A DNA stretch of 63,799 nucleotides, the filler included, from Folioceros fuciformis (lineage: Eukaryota): assembly GCA_049999805.1 (NCBI GenBank). It is 11 parts of 11 records of this genome, joined end to end, with 100 filler letters (N's around TTAATTAATTAA, not from the genome) between each part and the next. Parts side by side here need not be neighbours in the genome. Positions count along the whole stretch, not along the records: positions 6,623 to 17,398 come from JBNGIO010001232.1; positions 17,499 to 25,434 come from JBNGIO010001234.1; positions 25,535 to 30,320 come from JBNGIO010001235.1; 8 more parts are not named here. The stretch is one strand, 5' to 3'. A program made the translations under genes and the position numbers. Of this stretch, positions 14,940 through 29,400 are shown piece after piece; the first letter of the stretch is position 1, and each line of letters opens with the position of its first letter. The notes below the pieces were generated by a model. That model was not told where the DNA came from and made no database searches. It saw only the letters and a program-made list of their open reading frames with translations.

Positions 14940-16620
14940 CTCGAATCATCTTGCTGGTGCCTGGTGAGGTGGGGGTGTGATGGTGCCCCTAGGGCTGAGC
15001 CGCTTAACCCTCTTGATTTTGGTATTAGGGATGCTAGATGAGCCCATGAGAACAGGTCCAATGCCTCCTAATGATCCCCCAAAACAGGCAGGAACACGGT
15101 TGGCATTGCTACCTCCGCACCCTTGTCCGTTGCCAACTCCTCTTCCACCCCATGGCTAGGGTTACCTATGCCGCTGGTAGGTTTGCTCCTTGCCAGGCTT
15201 GTTGCTCCTCCAGTAGCTTCCTCCATCTTCTTTCGCTTTAATCTATGGTTCAATGGTCTTCTTGGTGGGATCACCTACAATCTCCATAGGTTGACCTTCT
15301 CCCTTTGTAGGATCAGTAATCATAGGTACCTCCCTAGCAAGTAATTCTGCTAAGTCGGAGACGGTCTCTAATGCTTCTTTGGCCCATTCCTCCTCTTCAT
15401 GCTTAGGTACTTCCTCCCATTCAAAATCTTGAACATCCATATCATCGTCCTCTTCCCACTACGCCAGTGGAGGGATGACCTTCTTCAACTTTACTTGACC
15501 ATCATTGTGTGGTTCAATAGCTCTCTTGCGAGCAATCTTCAGCAAATCTTGGCTAGTTTTTAAGATCTTGCTATGTAGATGAGCATGTTCTTGCCCCAAG
15601 GTCACTTCCCATTCTTCCAAATCCAAGGATTCTCCTTACGCTCGATGTTGTTTTGACCTCTTCCCAAAGGGCAAGATTCCCAAGGGAAAACATTCTCTTC
15701 TTGTAAAACTCTAGGGTCTTCATCTCTTGTGTTGCTTCGTCGAGTTGTGCCTGGTACCCTGGTTTGCTCCTCTGCTTTTTGAATAACCACTATATCTTAG
15801 CATCCTTGCTCCTCCCCTCCTTCCAGCTTCTCTCTAGCTGAGCTTCTAACCCCCTCATCTATGCTACTTATTCCCGTAGGCTGATTTCCATCTGGTGCTT
15901 CTCTACCTTTAAGGTCACGATTTGCTTCTTGATGTCCCCTAGATTTCCCTTACCCTTATCATACATGTCTTTGAGTTTCAAGGCTTTAGGACTTATCTCT
16001 TAAGAGTGTTATTCTAATAATATCCCAACTGTCAAAGATTACCTTAGTTCTACTCCAGCTTGCGAGTGACTACATAAAGGAATTAATTGGCTTCCTCTTG
16101 ACCCTTGGCATCGTCCTTTTCTAGTCAATTGAGTAGAGTCTGAGCCTTCTAAAAATCAATCTTACATAGTTGCTCACAACACTTTAGAATCCCATAGAGA
16201 GGATGCTCTCCCTTGTTTCCTCATTGGTATTCAATACCATGCCTCGCAGACTTCAACTCTTGTGTTAGTTCCGCTATGCCAACCATAATGGTTTTCTCTT
16301 CCTCCAGAACCTGCACATCGACCTCATATGGTACCAGATTGGTATGGTACCAGATTGATGGAGGAATCGATGATTCACCCTCTTCTTGTCATAATAGATT
16401 TCCCTCTTCAAGCCCTTTCGAGGGCACCTAGTCTTCTTCCTCCTCCTTATCACCCCCCCTATAAAGTAGGGTTGCTGCTCGTACAGGGGGTATTTCCTTC
16501 TTCCCATCTTGAACCATAGGCTCCACCAACCTCAGGCCCTCATCTCCTAGAGTGATCTCAACGAAGGGCCTTTTAGGTGTAGTATATTCTTCATTCATGA
16601 GCAGACCATAGATGCACTAG
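14940..16620 (-). pseudogene. Degenerate coding-like stretch (Glu/Lys-rich fragments), probably retrotransposon-derived
   Basis: A chain of short minus-strand ORFs (e.g. MDVQDFEWEEVPKHEEEEWAKEALETVSDLAELL) broken by stops and frameshifts. No intron pattern is evident, and it lies among LTRs and satellites. No domain was recognised. Confidence 0.35.
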
Positions 16621-18632
16621 GTACGTAACAAGACTAGGCTCCTCCTTCATTTGCAACATTGGGTTGCAACAACTTCTCCCTATGATAGCTCCTTCATTTG
16701 CAACATTGGGTTGCAACAACTTCTCCCTATGATAGCTGTAGGCCTCATACGTGATGAGACTCCAATTAACAGCGTTGAAAATAAATCGAGTTCGTCCTCA
16801 AATCTTTCTTTTGCCTTTTGCTCCAAATATATGGATGGCATCGCACCACCCTCCAAAACTGCCATCTAATGTAGGTTGAGGGTTTGAGAAGGCAGACGGC
16901 TATTACTACATGAATTTACACACTTGTGTTTTCTGAGGAAAGCGGACATTAATATAAGACGCGCTTGAAACATGATTTCCAAATCAACTGTTTTTCTAGT
17001 GCTCTATAGTACCAAGGTGCGCATTGCCTACTTACATGCATGTAGCCTATCTAGCGCAAGGTCTTATCCTTCGAATTGCAGACATTCTGGCCTTTCAGTC
17101 ATAGAGACAATAATGTAGGGTTGTCTCTGGTTAGGTTGCCATCGGATTTGGCTCTTCAAGTTCATTTGTTGGCGAAGCCTGCGATGGAGAATAGTTCATT
17201 TGTTGGCGAAGCTTGCGATGGAGAATATTTGTAAACAACGTCTAATGTAAAAGGAGTTTAAACATCCAAGAACGTAAATTGCCATTGGGGTTCGCACTCA
17301 CGCTTAAGGTCCTCACTCACGCTTAAGGTCCTCACTACTTACTCAAGGTTTAGATCATCAAAAGAAAGATGAGGAATAGTCAAGTCTCACTATAAAACNN
17401 NNNNNNNNNNNNNNNNNNNNNNNNNNNNNNNNNNNNNNNNNNTTAATTAATTAANNNNNNNNNNNNNNNNNNNNNNNNNNNNNNNNNNNNNNNNNNNNTT
17501 ATCATGCATGAAGTATGTCATGTTATTGTAGCAAATGGTATTGTTTTGTTGATACTTAATAATCAATATTTTATTTACTATTTTTATTTCATTAAAATTT
17601 TGAAATGGTCAAGTCAAAGTGTTCAAGATGCAAGATGCTTCCAGGGTGAAGTTCTTTTGAGTCAGGAAAATAGAAAGATCTTAGTCATGTCATGTATGGA
17701 GTAGTATATATATTGAATAGTATTAATATACATTCAATTTGGTGCATAATAAAACGTTTTAGAGATATAGTTTATCACATATGAGAATATATGCATACCA
17801 ACTATTTAACATATAAAACAACTTTTTAAACATAGATTAATGCTATAAAAAATGCAATTATATGATCTAAATAATAACAGATTTAAGTGCATTTAGTTAC
17901 CCCATTAGGGACCCTACATATATGTAAGGGATGAATTATGCCTATAAATTTATTTGCATTCCGGAAGTGGACTGTTCTGCAGTTAAAAATGTACAGCAGA
18001 GTGCTGACAGTCCCCTTAAATCCTGCCGTGAAATCTATGGCAAGATTCGGTGCTTGGCCACTCGTATGTACCTACTACTCATGTTACAACAAACGGTTCC
18101 CCTCGATGAGGGAAGTACCTTTGGACTACCCAGTAAGGCGCACGAATACAGTCCTATACATCGCCAAAAGCTGCGAAAGACAGTGTGGAGAAGGGATAAA
18201 ACGTAGACAGGGAGTTTTACCAAGGAAGATCAACCTCGTTTCTCTATGCATAGGCCAAAAACCAAGCTTGCTTGTCGAGGGCGTGATAAGTCTCCCCTAT
18301 GAAGGAGGAAAGAGGTTCCGATGGAGTCAGGAACTTCGTGGCACGTCCTGCAGATTTCATGTTCTCTTGGTTGTCAAGAAGGCCCGACGATGGGTACGAA
18401 CAGCAACTACTCATCAGTTAGGGTCAGGATACGCACCTGATCCCCTTGTTGTGCCCCAGCTAGTTGGCGTGAGCAGAAACATTGGACGTGGAGCTCAAAG
18501 CAGTTGAGAAAAAATGGTCAGCCTGTCCGGTGACAACCACAAGATCAGAGTGTAACTGGACAGCAGGATTGGTACCAGCACTTAAGAATGCATCGAGTTG
18601 ATGCCTTGCTAGTACCTGAGAAGGTGGAGGGG

Positions 18633-21600
18633 TTATTGGCCCCGCCTTGGAGAATCGAGAGTGGGTTTTGAACCTGCTGTGGGGGACTTTGTGGACTCAG
18701 CGGATCCGGGGTTAACCTTGTCCCCGGAACCAGCTTCCCAAGCATCCTTAGTTACCCGTGCTGCTGCAGCCAATCCAGGTACTCCGGGGCTGCTGCTTAC
18801 CGCAACAGACTGTTCTTGGCGCTGCCTTTCAGCTGAGCTGCTGCTCAGGAGTCCTTGGGCAGGGGCTCCGTGGGCTCCTCCACCCGCCTGCGGCCTGGAA
18901 CCATTGCTGGATATGGCAGTGGCCAGTGATATGGGCATCAAACAGAGTCCCTTGCTCTGCAGATACTGCATGGCAGTGCCCATGTCCTCCTCCATCAAAC
19001 GTGCCACCTCCCGTTCTGTCAAGGCAAGCCCCTCCGAGGCTGGACCCGAAGCTCCACCACTGCGACCAATGCTTGCAGCCACAAAGCTGCTGGGCCCCTG
19101 ATGACAAACAAAGTGGGAGCCAGGTGTCAGTGAAGCTCACATAGCCAGAGCCCGGATCTCTCGGCAGGGGTGCACCGCAATGGTAAGTGTACAACTACCT
19201 CGGAAGGGAGATCTGCAACCAGGGGAGCCACAGCACCAGCTCCACCGAGCCTGCTCATGCTCAGCACCTGCGGGAGTCGGAAGCATTTCATGTCATGTCA
19301 TATCATGAAAGTTTTGTCACTCCAGCGTTCACCTTCACGCACACCCTCTAGACACCTGCTATCAATTTGGGTCAGACTGTTTGCCAAGTAGGTCAGTCAG
19401 TACCTTGACTTGCAGCTGCAGAAACTTGACGTAGTCTATGATCTCGTCAAGCATCGAGGCCTTATCAGTCTGCAGAAGGTGAACAAAAAACAGGCAATGA
19501 ATACCCCACACGAGCACAGAATGCAGAAACAACCACAAGACACTACCTTGTTGGAGTTGGGGACGAGATCTTGCAACGCCTTCATTCTTTCAGCTATCCT
19601 TTCCCTGCGAAGCTGGTGATCCAACACAACAGGTTATCCCACGCTCTACAGTCCGGCCCAATAACAGCACAGGTGCGATGCAGCAGAGCGAGCCATACCC
19701 GCTCTGCAATGCTGTGCGGGTCCGTAGCTTGACCACGCCGTGCACGAACCCGAGGTCTCGCAACAACTGGAGCCGCAGGTTGGTGCGGAGCAAGGCTAGG
19801 CGGGGCTCCGTAAATCTGCCCCCCTTGCATCGGCGGTGAAAGCCCTTGCGATGGAGCATTCCCGTGCTGCACATCCAGGCAACCAGGAAACGTCAGACAC
19901 TCGACTTGACCTTCCTCCTCCCCACGTCGATGCACGAAGCATACAGAAAGTGCATGCGAATGAGGAAGAACTGTGGGATGTGTGCTCACCGTGCTCGCAG
20001 TAGGGCGGCCGTCCCGAGACATGTCTTCCTCATCCCTTCCTCTCTTCCCCAGCAGAGCTTCCGAGGTTGCGGCGTCTCCTAAGCTCGCCATGGGGAGCGG
20101 GGGAACTCCTCCCACGTAGGGTTGCCGCCATGTGGGAGCGATAGGCGGGGGAGACTGATCCCGAGAAGCCTGCTGCTGCTGCTGCTGCTGGTGGTGGCCT
20201 GGAGAACCTTCGCTGCCACTGCTCCCAACGGAGGGAGATCTCTGCAGCCTTCCGGAACCCGGTGCCAAGGCTGCACGCACAACAAGGTGAGGCCGCGAAC
20301 AGGAATCGGATGCCGATGCGGGTTCAGCTCCGGGAAGCGAGCTGATCTTCACTCCCGGAGAAGGAGGAAGAAGATAGAAGATTTCGGAAAGCCATGGTTG
20401 TTTCGTGTCGTACCTCCAAGGTCTTGGTGATGGACTTGATGCTGGAGCGGGAGCCGGGTGACCATGCTCGGGTCGTGACGCTCGTCCGTGCCATAGTGTA
20501 AGCTTTGTCCTGGAGGCATGAGAGACATGGTGAAGAGCTTGGGCGGTTGCACGGAGCCCACATCCGGTGCTGTGGAAGCGGCCCCGGTATTAGCATCGTA
20601 ATCCCAACTGTTGCGGCCCCCGATTTCAGACCACGGGGAAGAGAAGGCGAACATCTGATCCAAGAAATCGTCCATGGCAGGAGGCGGATGCGGGGGCTGA
20701 TGCTCCAGCTGTTCCAGATGGAGAGACGGGTGGTGCAGGGACATCATTCCCGCCATGTGCATGCTTCCGGTACCGATTGGGGAAGTGTGGAGTCCGGCGA
20801 GGGCAGATCTGAGGCCTCCTCCCGTGGGAAGATGCGGAGGCCGTGTGCTGAGCACAGAACCCTGGTGCATGCCACCCGGGGCAAAGCCGGGCGACGTGGT
20901 CAGTGCACTCAGCGTCGCCTGCACCGAAGCCGGACTCGGGACCGATGTCAGGAGAGGAGCATCTTGGTATTGTTGCTGGTGCTGCTGCTTCAGGCTTGAC
21001 GTTCCAGGATTGGCGAAGTCAGGCAAATGCTGTGTTCTGCATCAGCATCAGGCAATTGGCATCAAAAACGGCGACAGAAAGAGAGCCTGGTGATGGTGAT
21101 AGACAACGCTTCCATCCTCAAGCCAAGTCCCCTTTCTCGACCCTCACATAGAATCGAGTGGTGGAGCTAGAGATCTGGACGCGGGTGCAAACAATTGTGC
21201 GTGAATGCGCCATCGCCATCCTTCAAAGGCTTGACAATGTGCATTGTCAAGAAGACGACGGAGACGAGTAATGTGTGCCACAACAGACATGGCTCATTGT
21301 CCAGTAAACCACGGCGGACTGAGCTAGACAACAGACACACATGCCATTCTTGTGGACCTGTGGAGTCTGACCCTGACAACGACGAGCTGGAAGTGGCAAG
21401 ATGCTGGTTCACGGATATGAAACATGACAGGGAAGTAGTGTGAAGAAGGAGCCACCTGCAGAGGGTGGCTCCTTCTTAACAATCGAGATAGGCCGGATGA
21501 CACACACTGCTAGTAGATAGCGAGCTGTGGCGACAACAGTAATTTCCGCTGGCCGGACACTGCATTCGGATACCCAGAAGCGACAACGCGTAATTGCGGC

Positions 21601-22212
21601 ATTGTCTCTCAGACTGTGCCAACTGCCTACCAATGCTACTGCATTTTCATTGCCATTGGCGTGACGATAACCAGCTCTGCAATCGCACGCGCTATCGACT
21701 GCTAGGCAGCAACGGGGCAGGGCATCACACAATTTTCCGTTAGGCAGCAAAAGACGGGCAGCAGCTAGCAGATTGGAGCCAGTGCAATTGAGCACAATGA
21801 CAAGTACTGGTGCTGGGATTGAGATCCATCGGACGGAGTGTGAGAGAGATGTGCATCGAGTGCCATGGATTCGAACGACTATTACCGCCAATCCAGGCTA
21901 GAACACGGATCCAGCGGCAAAAGCAACAGACTCCGCATAAAAACACAGACAAACCAGGCAGGCAAGACAAGGATGGAGGAGATCTTACAGGGAGAAGGGA
22001 GATGCGAAATGCTGTTCTGGTTGCAAGTCCGTCTGGGCTTGCAGAAAGGGATTGGTGAGGCCCTGGCGGGAGCCAGCAGAAGTTGGGGAAGCAGCGGCGG
22101 AAGCAGGAGCAGGAGCGGGAGCGGGAGGAGAATGCGAGGGGCCAGGGGCGAGAGTGTGGTGGGTTTGGCTCTGCTGCTGCTGGGGCTCCTTGTGTTCGTA
22201 GTCATGTGACAT
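18633..22212 (-). CDS. LRL: LRL (ROOTHAIRLESS1-LIKE, bHLH subfamily XI) transcription factor; 8-exon model
   Basis: Exons 22212-21989, 21036-20414, 20270-19990, 19866-19699, 19612-19547, 19469-19404, 19267-19199 and 19097-18633, all GT-AG and in phase. It has [71 protein letters not shown], the LRL domain [32 protein letters not shown] and N-terminal DDFLDQM. The first exon is less certain. Confidence 0.9.
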
Positions 22213-22503
22213 GGTCAGCAGGAGCCTCTCTCCCCAGCAGGCTCCTCCTCCGGATCCTGCCCCCTCCGCCCTGGAAAATGCATTCTCTCTGCTCTCTCCA
22301 GCCGCTGCGGCCGAAGCTGAATCGGATGGCGGGGCGGGTGCGAGGCGGGTGCTAGGCTGGGCTGGCTGGGCTGTGCTAGAGCAAGTCCCAATCCCCGATG
22401 CGCTTTTGCTCCCGCCAGACCCAGCCCCGATCGAGCAGCGCCCAGTCGGTCTCGTCACTGTACACCAGGTAAGCAAGTCCCGGGAAGCGACAAGACAGCC
22501 AAC

Positions 22504-22536
22504 GCCAAAGCCAAAGCCAAAGCCAAAGCCAAAGCC
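22504..22536. repeat. (GCCAAA)n microsatellite upstream of LRL
   Basis: About five tandem gccaaa units. Confidence 0.85.
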
Positions 22537-25500
22537 CCCAGCTCCATTTCTTCACAGTGTCTCATTGTCCCTCTCACAAAGCAGCCCCGCCCCATCGCCA
22601 CATTGCTATGAGCATTAACTATGGCTATGGCCTTCTTAATTCTTTGATAAGTGGCGCTGTGCGCAGGAGTACAATGATCAAGGCAACGAGGGCGGCCAGA
22701 AAATAAGCAGCTTTGGCGTTGCTCGAGCACGGCAGTTGCAGCAATGTGTGGCTGTCATGAGTACTTCTACCTACATATCACCACGCCCTCTCCTTCGCCA
22801 TTTCTTTATACCTACATTTCAGCCTCCATGCTCCACAATCTGTACATGCGCATATCGTATGCTCATCTGGGTAGCAGCAGCCCAGGACAAACCAGGCCGA
22901 GGCCCAGGCTGAGGCCCAGGCCTAGGAGACAGCGCGTCCCACACATAATCTATGTACTTTTGCCGACCATGTGTGATGAAAAGTGGGTTGGGAGCATGGT
23001 GGAGTGCATGACGCATGCGAGGCTGTGCTCAGGTATGTTTTTAGGAAAGCCATCTGTGCCCTGCTCTGGTCTGCAAGAGGGAGCTGAGGAGACGACACTG
23101 TGCACACATGGACACTTGGAAAGGGACGACAGCTCATGGCAGGTGCCCGTTTAAGGCTCGGCCATGGGGCCCTTGACCTTTGGGGTTGCCCCACCTCAGG
23201 GAACATGCGTATCCGGGAGAGCTAATGTGTCGCTGACGGAGCTTAGGACACAAAATCTTAGCAGGGACAAGGGTGGCACGAGATTAGCTTCAGAGAGTAT
23301 CCTCGGATGTGTGTTCGGTTTACACAGATAGATATTATCTGCACAGTGTGTGCAAATAGCGCAGCAAAGGGCAGGCCCCTCGAGCTGCAGCAGGAGGGGA
23401 CTGTTGAGGCAGGTGCAGGGGCCCCTCCCACCCTCCCCCGCACCCCCCTCTTGGGGCGGGCCGTGGCCCCAGGAACAGGGGATGGAAGGGCGGAAGGGAG
23501 GAATCCATCGTTTTTGGGAGGAGGTAGGACAAGTTCAACCCTGGGGCCCAGCCAGGAGCAGGGTAGCGCATGCACCTGAAGCCAGGCTCTGTAAATGCCC
23601 ACAAAAAATGTGATGCAGATCTTGATAACAGCATCACGTCAGTGTATGTAATAGCGGCAGCAGCTGCAGAGTCGCTGATAATATTCCAGGAGTGAAAAAC
23701 AAAGCCAGGCCAAGACAGTGGTCATAAAGGAGGAGGAAGAATCTTGACAGAGAGGTGGAGAAAAGTATGCCAGAGAGGTGGCCGAGCAGCAGCTGCTGCG
23801 CATGCACTGCCATCCCCTGGGATTGTAAGTAATTTGTTGTACTACTTGGGGACACAACGCGCATCCCGAGAGAATTTTCGCTGCACCCGATTCCTCTACA
23901 CGCGCTCAGGGAGGGCATGCAGGCAGGAAGGCAGGCAAGCAGGCAGGCAGGGGCCCATCGTTAATTCAAACCAGATTTAAGCCCAGGAATGATGAATTCC
24001 ATTTGGGCCATTCCAATCTCCCTGCGTAACACCAGCTTTGCCTGGCACTCTGAGGCTCTCAGCGGCCGAGGTACCGGATTAGGTAGGGTCAGCCAGCGTA
24101 AAGCGCAAATGGGGGCATTGATGACCTTCGTCCGGGACCCAGGACCCCGGGGCCCGGCACCTCGGACCCGACTCCCGAGCCCTCGTGCCAACGGGATGTC
24201 TTAAAAAGCGCCTACAATAGCACAGCAAACGAGACAGCACAAGTCCTGCCATCCCCTGCGCCTGCTCCAGCTCCCTTTTTATTACCACCTCTGCTGTGCC
24301 CTGTTCTCTTGCTGTTCTCTGCTCTGCTCTCTGCGCACAGCGCACTCCTGCTCTGCCCACAGCCAAGTACATACATACATGTCTACATTCAACCAGATTC
24401 CTCCTTACCGCTTGCATCCTTGCCATTGCCAGCCCTCGGCCCCATCAACGCAGCTCCGCTCCGGCTTGCCCTGCATGTACAACTGCTGCCATTCCCAGGA
24501 CAGTACACAGTTAACAGTACAGTCCAGTCCAGTCCCGTCAGGCTGTACGTATCAGTGTACTCCGGACATACATACGTTTTTGCTCCACTCTCCACCAGAA
24601 ATGTTTTCCCTAGGCTTCCTTTTGGCATCAAAGAGATGTAAACAGTCTCCCCACACCTCCCGATGAAGGAACACTGTTATGAATCCTGAGTCCAGAGTTT
24701 CCTGGTTGCCTTGCATTAGTGGTGCATTCAATTCCTATTCCTACTCCTATTCCTGACTCTTCCCATCCGTTGGACTGTTCGTATGCAGACGATGGATAAG
24801 AAGTGGCCCTCGGCCTGAACTTGGACATCACTCATTTTTTAGGGTAAGATTCGTTTAGCTCTGGTTCATGCCTGTGTGTAAACACCTAGAGATGCCCCTC
24901 GCGCCTCGGTTGGGATGCCATAGCCAGGAAATGGAAAAGGCCATGGTGGTGATTACCCACAAAGGACATCGAAAAGCCGGGGTAGTGATTTGTGGGGACG
25001 TACATGCTTACCAACGTCTTGTTGTCACGCATGACCGAAGCTTATTACAGGAGGATGATGAGTGGATTCCTTGGTGTGTACGGAATTGTCGGCGGTATAA
25101 ATAGGCACGGAAATAGGGGAGGGCTGGAGCGGAGGGTGGAGGTTGGCTTCCTTCTCCTGGGCTGGAGGAAAGTTGGAAGTAACATCTCCACGTCTCCACA
25201 TCCATGACAAGTTGCAAGCGCAGCTTTCTGCATGGGGAGCGTCGAGAGAGAGGATTTGTCGGAAGCCCGATTCAGTCCCCTATGGACACTGCACCGACTC
25301 CGTCTACTCCCTATCAACAGTCTGGTCCTAGTAGCCCGCGTGCATGCACCCGTGACCCGTGATTGCAGCCGGCATCACTGGGTTATATCCTCTACGACGT
25401 GCCCTCGCCCCTGCCCCTACCCCTGCCCCTGCCCNNNNNNNNNNNNNNNNNNNNNNNNNNNNNNNNNNNNNNNNNNNNTTAATTAATTAANNNNNNNNNN

Positions 25501-28500
25501 NNNNNNNNNNNNNNNNNNNNNNNNNNNNNNNNNNGGGCCCGGATGCCGTGGATGCGCCAACTGGGAGACTCGCCCTTCGTCCAAGCTGGGGCGGCGAAGG
25601 AGGCGCAGGCAGCGAGGCCCTCTTGCCTCCTACCTCTACGACGTAGCTTCTCCTCCCGGGGCCTGCCAGACTCCCCGATTACTGTTGCCCTTGGCTTCAA
25701 TCAACCAGGCTCCTGCAATGGCAACACCGGGCTGTCGCCCACCCCGCTCAGGCCTGGCAGGCCTGCACCAACATTCTTGCCCGCCTTCTCCCGGCGCCTC
25801 CCCCGCCATGCGACTGCGCCAAGAAGTGCGCCACGGCCATCCTGCCCGGTTGGGACTACGACACTGGAAATGGAGCAGGCAGCGTCCCCCCCGAGACCGC
25901 CTCCGGGAAGGTGAAGCGCGAAACACGAGAACTCACGGCTTGAAGGCCATGCATGCTGCAGATGATTGCTCTCTCTGCCTTCTTCCTGGCTCCCAACTAA
26001 CCGTAACCGGAGCCGAACCGCCCACCGACGAGGAGGGAGGAAGGGACGGACCTAACCTTCCACTGGGTTAACGGTTGATGTCACGTGCATCTCACGTGCC
26101 GCAAATACGCTTCGCCATCGCCACTGTCCTTAGCGGTCCCCGGCAGAGAAAAGGAGTACATACATACATTCTCACACACAAAGCGGCCTGCCCTGCCGCG
26201 ATGTTGATGGAGGAGGAGGCTCGCTATTGATTTGTTTCAGCTTTTGCTCTTGCTTTGCCCTCGCGTCGACTTGCTTCTCCTACAGCGTGGACGCAATCCG
26301 GAGCGCAGCAGTGCGGCGGGGTGGCAGCTTGGACACGCTATGCTCCGCTGCGCTACCAGCGATGTTTTCTGTCCTTCATAAAATGGGCAGGGGTGGAGTT
26401 AGTAGGACCGCGTTGCTGGCTAGCGCCGGCTCTGGCTTTGCTTTGCTTTGCTTTGCTTGCAACTGGCGCCAGCCAAAGCAACGGCGCCACATAACGGCCG
26501 GCGGTTGTTCCGCTCTCGTAATATAATTCAATGCGCCCCGCCCATTGAAAGCCGGATGCGACGCCCCAGATATGGTTGTTGCAATGCTCCACAGCCGCTT
26601 CCCTTCCTCGTGACATGACCGTTAGGAGTTGGGACCGCCTCTCCCGCTGCCCATGTTCACTCTTCCGTTTCGGCAGGCAGCAGACTGCGCGGTAAGACGC
26701 CTTCACCTACTCGCTACCGGCGCGGTCTCTCGCCCGCCGAGTAAGAGTGGGCTGGCTCACCGTCGCTTCACTACCGGTACGTGAACTCTCACATTCATGA
26801 CCACGTACAGTAACATGTACCACCGTCGCGACCAGGCCCCGTCTCCGATGACCATTCCTCACTGTCACCGATCTGGCCGTACTCAACTCACTGGCACAGG
26901 GAATGGCGACGGGTCGAGGCTCCGTTCGCTCCCTTCATGACGAAAAAGGAGCACAAATCTGTAAGGACCGCGAGCTGTGGATCTCTTTATCATTGCCGTG
27001 TTGACTGCCTCACCGACTACATAGCCTCATTAGCGGCTGTGGAATCCTGGACCAATCCCGTCCCTCCGTCCAGCGCCACCTGGTTAGCACACATCCCCAC
27101 CCGCTTTCAGGACACCCAAGCACCCTCCAGCTTCAGACTTTCCACCACGCTGGGGCTCATGATCGGACTGTTGCTGCACAACACTCAGCTCGCTCGCTCG
27201 CTTCCCCGTCCCGTCCGGTACGTGGTACTTGCTCCACCCACCTCCAGCATGCACCACCACACTCAAGCCACTTGTGCCTTGCCTGGCCACTAGCACCATC
27301 ATGTCCTGGATGGTAGAAGGAGCCACCTAACATCGACTCGACAAAAGCCCTTTCTCAAAAGGATGAACTGATAGGTATTCCAGTACTAGTATTACAGCAC
27401 ATGCTGGTCACGGCTACCTGCGTGGTAATGCTCATAGCCACAGTACATAATCGCCCAGAGGTTCCTCGATGCTATCATCGTTGGAAACAACACTTTCAAA
27501 TTGGCTGGCGCTGGCAGCCTCTTAGTCTTTTCACCACCTCCGGTCGCCACTCGTTGGTGTCAAACCTGAAACCAGCAGGCACACACGCACACACAAGACC
27601 TAAGACACCGCAAATGCCACAGCCAAGAACCAACGATGAAACCAGCTTCGGACCAGTGCTGGCACACGACGAGGCCTTGCCTTCTTCGATGGTGTGATCA
27701 AATTCTTCAGGGAGTCTGCCGCTGCTCTCACGCCTGCCATGACAAAGAGAAGCGAGGGTTTCAGATAGCAACACCTACACAAACCAACGAAACGCACAAC
27801 CGAGCACCACGTCGTTCCCAAGCTGCTGTGGTCACGAGGCCCGCACGCTGTGGGAGAGGATTCGAACTTACACTTCAATCCGAAGTCTGCCACCATGCAC
27901 ACCGGGCACTCCAGACTTGTGTCGAACTTCACGTTGGTCCAGGGGGACACCGAGCTTTCAGCCGCCTTTTCACCTTCCTGCTTCTCCCCGGTGCTGGCGA
28001 CATCGCTGTCTAGCAGGCTCTTCTCCAAAGAATTGTCGGTCACAGCGTGGGCCATCGCGGGATCGCACCGAAATTGTGAGCCACACACGTACAGCTGCTA
28101 CCGAGTGAAGACAAACTTCTTCGTTTGCCCTAGTTTCCTTGGAATTGAGGCAGCCTTCTGTTTCTACCGGTAAGCCTTCGAGTTGCCAGCTTTTCAAACA
28201 GCGGTCACAGTCGTAACCCTGGGGACCGTATGCGGCCCCGCTCGGCGGGATTCCTCAGGAGGAGCAAAGCTGCTTTCGTGTTTCCAGGGCAAGGAACCTG
28301 GAATGAAAATAGCAGACGGGAATGACGTCGTCATTGAGAATAACAATCTCGGCAGTCTCCACTAAAACTGCTTGAACAGTGGCAGCTGTCGGGGATGCAA
28401 TGTGCACATTTCTTTAGAGTGTGGCAGGCTAGACTGCACATTTGTGTCTTCGTCAGGGATGACCTACCCCATTTCCACATCTTTTTTCCTGCTAGTTTCA

Positions 28501-29400
28501 TGGAAGCCTGATCAGGGTCGTTCGGTTGCTATGACGAGAGGCAGGGATCGAACATGTGATCCGCTGCATGGTTGATCTTCTCTGGCAGATCCCGATGCTC
28601 GTAAGTTACCAACCAGATTTTTGTGCACACTGTCGTTTGAGAATGACACTGTGGGTGGAAGTCAGTGATCGGTACACGTCTGCAAGCTTGAGCTACCTGC
28701 TATAGAAATTGGTTGCTGGACATGAGCTCATGTCAGCTATCTACGAGATGCTGGCAGGTGGGACGATGTTGTCAGATACATATGCTGCCGATGATTCTAC
28801 ACAGCCGCCTCCTGACAAGAAGCCACAAGAATCCTGCCACACCTGGTGGAAGAGCAACACTGTGCAAGATCTTGTGGGAAAAACGAACAGAGGCATGACG
28901 TCATCTTGAAGTTAAAGACTTTGAATTCTCGATTCAGGTGGAGCACTCTGCCAGACTACAACAGCAAGACGGAAGCTCCCTGGCATGGGCATGCTGGAAA
29001 GCTTCATCTGGCTCGTAGCCTCGTCAACACGCCCAGTTAAGGTTTACAAATGTTAACCCGCTGCCATAGTGGTACTAAAGCTCATCCCAGGATGGCAAGC
29101 TGGCAGATTGTCGTGAGAAATGTACTCAGTGCCCACCGATTGAAGAGGGAATACTCTTATTGCAGGATTGTCCATGACTTCTAATAGCTCTTCGAAATTC
29201 TTCGCAATACATGGCGGCTGTCAATACCTTTCCACCTTGCAGCCTTAAGCCTTAATTGGTGACTGCTTCTCGACAGGCAGGCTGTGAGACTGACTGAGAA
29301 GCTTGTACAACACCAGAAAAGCTTTGTACCCACATCTCAAGCAGTGGGACGACAAGCTTAATTGGGGGAAACAAAACCGTTCACAGAATCACCATATTCA

